From Proteromonas lacertae (lineage: Eukaryota), in assembly GCA_002245135.1 (NCBI GenBank), contig NGBS01000597.1, positions 1 to 64,000 of the forward strand: DNA of 64,000 nucleotides, written 5' to 3'. Both the position numbers and the translations under genes were made by a program. Shown here piece after piece: positions 55,701-64,000 of this stretch (positions within the stretch are counted from its first letter, which is position 1; every line of letters starts with the position of its first letter). The notes beneath the pieces are model-generated. The model was not told the DNA's origin and made no database searches. It worked only from the letters and a program-made list of their open reading frames with translations.

Positions 55701-56538
55701 CAACACCATGATATCCATTGAATTTGGATGTGAAGAATATGGTGAAGCTGAGATTTGTAAAAACCAAATCTATGGAGACTGTCGATGTTCTTTAATTCCA
55801 ACTGGAACATATCAACCAACTGGAACCTACAGACCAACAACAATGAGACCAACAACAATGAGACCAACAATTAGACCAACTGGAATGTGTTATGATGGAG
55901 AACAATTTTGTGAAAATCAATGTGAATGTGGAGCTGGTTATTATGAATGTGTAAGAGGAGATTGGGTATTAAGACCAATGCCAACAGGAACAGTCTGTGG
56001 TCAAAACAACACCATGATATCAATTGAATTTGGTTGTTCTGAAAATGGAGAAGCTGAAATTTGTAGAGACAGAATAAATGGTAATTGTAGATGTGAAGAA
56101 GTTCCTCCAACATACATTCCAACTGTAGTTCCTACATTTATTCCAACATTCGATCCAACTGGAAATCCTTCCTATACTCCAACTTTAGTTCCAAGTGGAA
56201 GTGTTCCAAATGAATGTCAAGAAGGTATTCAAGTGTGTGTAAGTGAATGTGAATGTGGAGCTGGATATTTCGAATGTGTGGATAATCGATGGGTAGTAAG
56301 ACCAATGCCAACAGGAACAGTTTGTGGTCAAAACAACACCATGATATCCATTGAATTTGGATGTGAAGAATATGGTGAAGCTGAGATTTGTAAAAACCAA
56401 ATCTATGGAGACTGTCGATGTTCTTTAATTCCAACTGGAACATATCAACCAACTGGAACCTACAGACCAACAACAATGAGACCAACAACAATGAGACCAA
56501 CTACAAGAAGACCAAGAAGAGATAATGAAGAAGATTAA
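52771..56538 (+). CDS. Secreted Cys-rich / Pro-Thr protein (copy B), about 12 modules
   Basis: 5' part, introns and about 200 bp of promoter nearly identical to copy A; apparent indel at ~55037; ends RRPRRDNEED*. Confidence 0.85.
55244..56505 (+). repeat. Near-perfect 633 bp tandem duplication (two modules) inside copy B
   Basis: GATGGAGAACAATTTTGTGAAA at 55261 and 55894; near-identical peptide repeated in ORF 55069..56538. Confidence 0.92.
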
Positions 56539-56652
56539 AGATTAAAATAAAAGATAATTATTAAAGAATTCATTATTATATATTTTTTATTTGGGATTTA
56601 AAAGAATTGTTTATAGAAATAATGTATAATATAATTTGAATTACATCAAAAC

Positions 56653-57815
56653 CAGTGTTGTATTTTTCGGTCAAAAAATATAGGTTTACCTATAGGTCAA
56701 AACCTATATCTTTAGCTTGACCTTTACCTTCCTTATACTAACTATTAGTTGACCTCCTATTGAACATGAGTTAAGAAGCATATAACCTAACCATAGATAC
56801 AAAATTAATGTTTTATACATCATCTTTCAAATATCAAATTTGACTGTCCGTTGATGCACTTTTTATATTACTATTATTTTGATCTATTTCTCAATGATGA
56901 TTCACAATAACATATTATTAACATAATATTAAATTAATTATAGGATAAAAAAAAATAAAAGAAAAAAACATCAAGCTTGATGGTTTGACTAAGTTAATCT
57001 TTATTTTTTAAGATTTAGATCATTTAAATGTATAATTACTCAATATTTATAAGACTTTATAATATATGAAACTATAGGGATATCACATTACCCCCTATCG
57101 CATCGAAAGAAGTTGTGGATTTATTCAATTGTTGTATGTTAGAGAAGTAACATTTTAACTACTTCAAAATGTTTTGGAAAACGTGATTAAAATAAAATAT
57201 TCAGATTATTACATATGGTAAAAGCCAAAGTCAATTCAGATTCTGTCAACAAAGATCTATTTAAATTAATAACCTTCAATGCAGTCAGTACCACAATATT
57301 AGACTCACCAGAATTTAGAAGGTTTTGCTTCAAACTAGGATATATTATACCTCTAAGAGAGTTTTATAATGCTTATTTATTTTCAGAAACTGAGAAAGTA
57401 AGAGACTTATTGAAGACAAATCATTAATATCCAGAAATAGAGATTTATTATTATAATTACATTAATATTTGTTTTTTAGAGATAGTAATCAATATAAATT
57501 AATCATCAAAATAACAAGTTGTTTATAAATATGTTAAATATCACTATTGAGTAGTTTGTAGATGAATTTTAATATATTAGTATAGATATTTATACAATTT
57601 CAACCAATCTTATTCTAACTATGGTAATTAAAGTAAAACAAGAAGCAGGAATAATATTTTATATAGTATGATAGTTTGTATTAAACAAATGTTACTCAGT
57701 ATGTAATTAAAATTGATTTTAACAAAATAATGCTCGAGGTTTGACCAACCAACGGATCAAAGCTAGATTATAGGTTTTACCTATAACCTATAGGTTACCT
57801 ATTTATACAACCCTG
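56653..57815. mobile_element. Non-autonomous hAT DNA transposon, 1,163 bp, 11 bp TIRs, 8 bp TSD ATCAAAAC
   Basis: TSD at 56645-56652 and 57816-57823; TIRs CAGTGTTGTAT / ATACAACCCTG; subterminal TAGGTTTACCTA-type repeats; empty site at 61403-61410. Confidence 0.92.
57215..57427 (+). pseudogene. hAT transposase remnant
   Basis: LITFNAVSTTILDSPEFRRFCFKLGYIIPLR resembles the hAT N-terminal F...L.Y..P.R segment; lies inside the TIR element. Confidence 0.55.
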
Positions 57816-57912
57816 ATCAAAACTTAAAAAAGAATAACAAGTTCAAAGTATATTAGTATTTTAATAAGAAATATATTATGATTTATTCTCTAGTCACATA
57901 TATTAATAATTA

Positions 57913-60900
57913 TTATTCAACATTCAAAAATTGTTTTGATATTAATTTCTTCTCATCCTTGTCTATTCCATTTAATTTTATTATTCCAATTGAAGTAAAT
58001 GTTTTTAAAAATGATTCTAACATGGATCTATTTATATTTTCTTTTACTTCTATTGATAATTTATCTAAATTATCAAATAATCCTTTCTTTTCTATCATTA
58101 ATTCTAATTCTCTCTCATTTAATTCATTTCCATCTAAATTCATCTGCTTTAATGCTTTAAAATCTTTTAATCCTTTCATTAGCCTTTTTAAACCTTTTTC
58201 ATTCATTCCCACATCTATTCCATTTTAATATAATATATTTTTATAAATACTTGATAAATTTAATGATGAATATGCAATAAATATATCTAAATTTTGACAT
58301 ATTATTTTTATTCCTTTATCACCAATTGGATTATTTGATATTGAAATGTGATCTACTGTTTTGGGTAAACATTTTGTCAATTCTTTTAATCCTTTGTAAG
58401 TTATTCTATTATTTGACAAATCTAGATTATAATATGATCTATGTTTAAATAATTGTATGTGAGAATCATTCAAATTTAAATCTATTTCATTAGAAATTTT
58501 ATATTCTATACTTGAAAAATTATATGAATATCTTTTCTTTTTTTTACAATATTTCAAATAATACTTTAATTCATCGTTTGTCCATGATGGATAATTCATT
58601 ACTATAAATGCATTACAAGATTTTTCCAACGATTTTGAACATATGTATTTTAACCCATTAAAACTGATATTATTTCCATTTAGATTTATCCTCCACCCTT
58701 TTTCAAGTGCATCAATTTTATTTGCTAATAATATTACACTTTCATCATCTATTAATAGACTACTTAAATTCATTTCATCATAAGTATATTGCAATATATT
58801 AAAATTGTTTTCTAATAATTTAAATCCATCATTTCCAATCGGATTATCTAGTAAATATATATAATTAATATTAATATATTTTTCATACCATGAATTATTA
58901 ATTTGGATATTTTTTCAGTTTCTTTCACATAACTCATCAAATATTCTACGCCATCTGAATTAATATTATTTTCACTTAAATCAAGTACAATTTTTTTAGG
59001 AATGCTCTTCAAACCATTTATTAAATATTTTAGTCCATCTAAAGATAATCCCATTCCTATTAAACATCAAAAAATAACTCTTTATACTTGAACAATTTAT
59101 TTCATTACCACCATTCCTTTATTAAATCTAAATGTGGACATAATATTTCCATTCCTCTGTCACTTATTTCATTTCCATCTAAACTTACATATTTGAGATT
59201 TGGTAATGATGATAAATTGTCAATCAATATCTCTACACTTTTAGATGTTAGATTATTATCTATATCATTGAAATATATTAAATTATACTATTCAGATATA
59301 ATTCCTTTATTGGTCTTAATTCATCTATTCTTAAACTAATAAATGATTCGAATGTTTCATCATTAATCTCTGAATCATATAATATTAATCTATCACAACC
59401 ATCTTGGATATACTTGATTAATTCTGGTATGTCTTCATCTATCAATAAATCTTTACTGTCATTGAAATCAAAATCTATTCCTGTAATAGGAAATTTAGAG
59501 AATAATGATTTTAATCCTTTGAAACGGATATTTTGGTTATCTTTAACATTTATTCTCTTTATATTTGGGTATTTATATAATTTTTCTGACAATTCTTTCA
59601 CTGATTCATCATTTATATTCATCCCTTCCATATTCAATTCATTCTCTTTATTAATTAATAGATTTAGATATGGAAGTAATAATCTAAACCCTTTTGAGCC
59701 AATTGGGTTATCTATTTCAATAATAAATAAAAATGGAATAAGTAATACGTTCAATATTTATATGCCCAATTTTCATTAATTGGATCGACTTAATAAATGA
59801 TTCAATAAAATAAAAAGTTAGATGGCAATCAGATAATTTTATTTGTTCTAGTCTTGTTAAATGACAAAAGTATGACCCAAATGATGTTTGTTGTCGCTGC
59901 GTTGGAATATCAATTATATCTATTTAAAAATATAAATGATTAGAATTATACTAAATGATAGTTTGTTTGGCTTGATTAGTTCTAATATTTTGAACAAATA
60001 ATCTATTCCTTCTTCACATAAACACATATATCTCGAATTAATATAGATTGTATCATTATTGTATAATCCAGTGTGAATCTTATTTATCATTTTATCCAGA
60101 TAGTCATCTTTATTACATTCTTTACAGAAATGAAAATGTTGAAATTTCAATTTACTCTCTATTGACATATCTTCTTTGTATAGTTTTATCATCAATAATA
60201 ATGCTAATAGTCTTATATTGGCTTTACTATTGTACTTGTCTATTAAATCATTTCGAATTAATTCATTCTTGTTATACTGCAGATAATAGTCTCCTTGAAT
60301 ATCAAATGGTGCTGTTTCTATTAAATAATCATTATGGAATAGTATTTCTCTTTTCTCATTACATATCATCACATTATTTTCACTTTCTCTATATTCTCTC
60401 ATTTTTACCATCTCTTTATACAACTCGTTTAAACTAATTCGATCTTTACTTTTCACTTTTAACATTCTTTTTATAATTTCTTTCATCATTTTATCTTTTA
60501 TTAACTCTTGATTATACTCACATTTCATAATATTACTTATCGTTTTAATGACATTATTATCTTCATAAAATGGCGACTTCTTGATTAACATTTCGTATAG
60601 TAAGCAGCCAAGTGACCAGACTACATTTTTATCATCACATTCTTGTCCATTCAGTTCTTCTGGACTGATAAAACCAATACTATCTGCCATTTCATCGATT
60701 TTTCTCAAAGTATTTATATTTATATCACATAATTTTATATTACCAGATATATCACCATCATCATATGTTATATTACTACTTTTCAAATTATTCACCACTA
60801 TATCATATCCATTCAATATCAACAATATATTACATAATGAACAAATAACACTACAAATATCATCATTTGAAACTGAACTACATTTTTGCAGCTCTTTTAA

Positions 60901-61238
60901 ATCATTAACATAATATTCTCGACATATTAACATATATCCACCACTAGTGTTTAAATCAGATATTCTGGAAGGATATATGAAGTGTGAACAACAGTCTAAC
61001 AACATACTGTTATTTTCACAGAATTTTAATATTCTCTTTTCCTTCACTCCATCTATCTTCAATATTTTTTTCTTCATTTTGACACCGTTATAGCACTCCA
61101 TCTCTGTATTTACTTGATTTTGATGCTTTTCTACCTTCTTTAATATCTAATATTTATATATAGTATAAATTAAAATACTTGCGCATCAGTAGCTGTTAAT
61201 GAACACCAGAATTCATCTATACAACCCAATAATACCAT
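57913..61238 (-). CDS. Pseudokinase-LRR protein (copy 3, diverged)
   Basis: VVNNLKSSNI, KLCDIN, FISPEEL, VWSLGCLLYEM, then LRR exons NPIGSKG, LSENNINSDG, LSNNRITYKG, NNPIGDKG; exon layout collinear with copy 2. Confidence 0.78.
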
Positions 61239-61325
61239 AACGAATTTGATTTCAAAATATTTAGTCGTTTCGTTAACAATTTTTCATTTAAGGATGATTA
61301 GAGAATAAAATAATAATTTAATAAC

Positions 61326-61484
61326 TCATTATTATATTTTTTTTTTATTTGGGATTTATAAAAATTGTTTATAGAAATAATGTATAATATAATTTGAATT
61401 ACATCAAAACTTAAAAAAGAAAAACAAGTTCAAAGTATATTAGTATTTTAATAAGAAATATATTACGATTTACGATTTATTCTC
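61326..61484 (+). repeat. About 160 bp direct repeat of 56570-56652 plus 57824-57890 (empty hAT site)
   Basis: TTGGGATTTA..AATTGTTTATAGAAATAATGTATAATATAATTTGAATTACATCAAAACTTAAAAAAGA..CAAGTTCAAAGTATATTAG occurs in both places. Confidence 0.9.
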
Positions 61485-62901
61485 TTGTTCTAGCTGAATA
61501 AACCAGCAAATCTTCACTACTTTCAAATTTAACTTCTTCTCCTGCAAGAGATAAAGAATAAAGTTCCTTGTTGCAAAGATATATCTTGATTAGAACCACA
61601 AGCTTTACCTTTACCATTAATAGTAATAACAATTCTTGGAGTATTATGTTTAGTAAGTAAATAAGATTGATTGGAAGGAATAACTAATTTCTCTAACATA
61701 AACTCTTTCACTTCTGTTTTATAGTGTGATTCATAATCATTGATTTTTTCACCTTTCATTACATTCAATCCACCATATTCATACGTCAACATATCAATCA
61801 AAGTAGAAACATCAATAAATTTATTAGTTAAACCAGCTCTCACTACATTATTACTACAATTCATTATTTCTACAATATCTCCACTTAAATAGGCATGTGG
61901 TGTGTTGGAACTTAGATATAATGCTTCTCCTGGATTTAATTTAACAACATTGAGCAAATAAGGAGCTAAACAACCTCTATCATTGGGATACTATTTAAAA
62001 TAAATATAAGAATATGTATAAATAATAAAATTATATTATACTTCTTTATTGATGGTTAAAACAGTCTTATCTAAATAATTTAATGATGATTCATCTTTCT
62101 TGAAACGAGTAATCAAATTATTGATTTGTACATTGATAATATCATTCGATGCCGTCATAAATTGATTGAACAAATTTCTCAAGCATTTCTTAACAGTGTT
62201 TTTATCATTTGATTTGACAGAGTTAATAAATTCGTTCGTGATTGGTTCTGTGATAATTGTTGCGAATTCTGGAATAGTATTTAAATGATTGATAATTTCA
62301 TTTGCATCACGAAAACCACACCTAAATTTATTAAATTTACATAATTAATATATAAAATATACATTGCTTCCAAATAGGTGATAGCAACAGCCATTTCTGG
62401 TTTTGCATTATCATCAGAGTATTCTTTTGGATTTGATTTGTGTAATTGAATTGCTAAATTCTTGTCTGGATGGGCTTGAATGGATAAAGCTTTGTTGATT
62501 GATAAAACTTTGAATAAGAATGGTATATTTCCCTGTTTGGATGATTCGCAAGTGCCAGTTGCTTCTGGATGTGACTAAATAATATAATTAGAATATATGT
62601 AAATAATACTTTCAAATAATCACTTAATAACATGGTTCCTTCTTTAGCAACAATTTTTGAAGGACCAGAAGGATGAGTTCCAAACCTATCAACCTAAATA
62701 AATGCACATAATACCAATATTCTGCATATGGATGATCTTCCTCGATTTTAAATGTTGGATCAACATTGTGCTAAAGAATTAAAAAACAAACCATACTTTC
62801 ATAATTGGAATCAAGCTGTTGCTACCTATTTTACCCCATGCATAATCTTTAACCTAATAATATTACCATTAAACAAATACCTCGCTTTGAAGAACAAACA
62901 T
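61477..62901 (-). CDS. MPI: Mannose-6-phosphate isomerase (type I)
   Basis: [90 protein letters not shown]; about 7 introns. Confidence 0.96.
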
Positions 62902-63053
62902 CTTTTTTATTGAAAAAAGCTTGAAAAAAACTTGAATCAATTCAAACAGTTGTTTTAATTATTTTGCCAATTTCTTCGTATTTATTCATATATTCTTTTT
63001 TATATTAATATACAATAATCATCCATGTGTTTCTAAATAATATATTATAGATA

Positions 63054-63716
63054 ATGGCAACTCCAAACAAAAGACTAGATGTAATAAGAAAATCCGAAGC
63101 AAAAAGGTATTTGTGTATAGATTACTATTTTAGTCCATTATTATCATGTACAAAATCACCATATCACCGTGTTTGTAACAAACTCACAAACTCTGAACCA
63201 ATAAAAGACAGTGATGGTATTTATAATAACTAAAACTATTGCAATATAGGTATTGCTGCAATAAACAGATGTGTAATCACAATAGCTAACTCTAAAGATG
63301 ATGAAGAACAAGATCAATTTTTAGAGAAATTAAGAGATCTATTAGACAGAGGAGTTAATCCAAATGCACCCTGTGATAATGAGAAGAATCCTTTATGTTT
63401 ATGTGCAGAATTAGATTGTCCAGAAGCAGCAGAATTACTACTTCAAAGTGGAGCTCATCTTTCTGTTGATGTTGCTGGCTTAAATCCTTTTGAAATTGCA
63501 GTGCATAATAACTCTAAGGAATGTTTAGATGCATTTATGAGTTATTTGCAATATTTGGAGGGAGAAATCGATGCTACTGTTGATGATACTAGAGAATCTA
63601 TTAGTACTCCTGTTGTATCTATATAGTTAATATTATTATATGTTTAGACAGCTAGTAAAAGACTTAGAATTAGTAATGTTACAGCTAGTGCTAAAAAAAG
63701 AGCAAAGAAAAATTAA
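63054..63716 (+). CDS. Small ankyrin-repeat protein, 3 introns
   Basis: Spliced reading LLDRGVNPNA..KNPLCLCAELDCPEAAELLLQSGA..GLNPFEIAVHNNSKECL; basic C-terminus. Confidence 0.7.
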
Positions 63717-63812
63717 ATTTATATTTTCTTTTATATTATATTTTTGTAAGAATTGTGTATGATTTTACTCAACAACACATTCATTAAAGAGAATAAATAC
63801 TAAATTAATAAT

Positions 63813-64000
63813 TTAAAAAAACTTTCTTAACACAATATTATCACCTATTTCATCATATTCTTGTCTTGTAATCATTATAGATTTAAATGTGTCCATTGAA
63901 GCTAACATCGATCCACCAATCCAGGCAGCATTATCTCTATGTGGATCTACTAATACATGGAAGTTATTAGGTATTTCTTTTTTTAATTCACCTTCAAATC
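63813..64000 (-). CDS. Actin-related protein, 3' end only
   Basis: HRDNAAWIGGSMLASMDTFKSIMITRQEYDEIGDNIVLRKFF* matches the actin/ARP C-terminus. Confidence 0.88.
   Translation of the reverse strand, partial: FEGELKKEIPNNFHVLVDPHRDNAAWIGGSMLASMDTFKSIMITRQEYDEIGDNIVLRKFF

Noticed and set aside
1081..61545. Programmed frameshifting or mass pseudogenisation
   Set aside because: Single-base indels also hit conserved genes (FAM50 ~10265, MPI ~61540) and differ between duplicate copies (e.g. extra base at 25472 vs copy B); most simply long-read errors.
4641..63716. Alternative genetic code or stop readthrough
   Set aside because: In-frame stops are explained by short GT-AG introns; long exons are open in the standard code, and TTG/GTG starts in the ORF track are artefacts.
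63813..63830. Polyadenylation-created stop codon at the ARP 3' end
   Set aside because: A genomic TAA directly follows LRKFF.

Overview
This is a very AT-rich, gene-dense eukaryotic (protist) window, not prokaryotic. Genes carry many short GT-AG introns (about 25-45 nt) and use the standard code. Tiny introns, TGTTTGTT-like motifs just 3' of some genes and a large He_PIG/PA14 surface protein suggest a low-GC Blastocystis-like stramenopile (inference only). Many single-base indels break otherwise intact ORFs, probably from long-read assembly error. Housekeeping genes: NOP15/NIFK, an SCP/CTD phosphatase, FAM50/XAP5, POP4, Polo kinase, an OFA-family MFS transporter, PSMG1, MPI and an actin-related protein. 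Most notable accessory content: (1) two inverted paralogues of a giant secreted protein built from about 25 and 12 copies of a 10-Cys CBM19-like module with Pro/Thr mucin spacers, a candidate cyst-wall or surface-coat lectin; (2) a nested 4.8 kb inverted duplication of a BTB / zinc-finger / pseudokinase-LRR trio, plus a third pseudokinase-LRR paralogue; (3) a 1,163 bp non-autonomous hAT element with 8 bp TSD whose empty site is also in the window; (4) a catalytically dead cathepsin B; (5) a mucin-stalk membrane protein with two cytoplasmic PH domains. Exon boundaries and family calls were made by eye and need HMM and RNA-seq confirmation.
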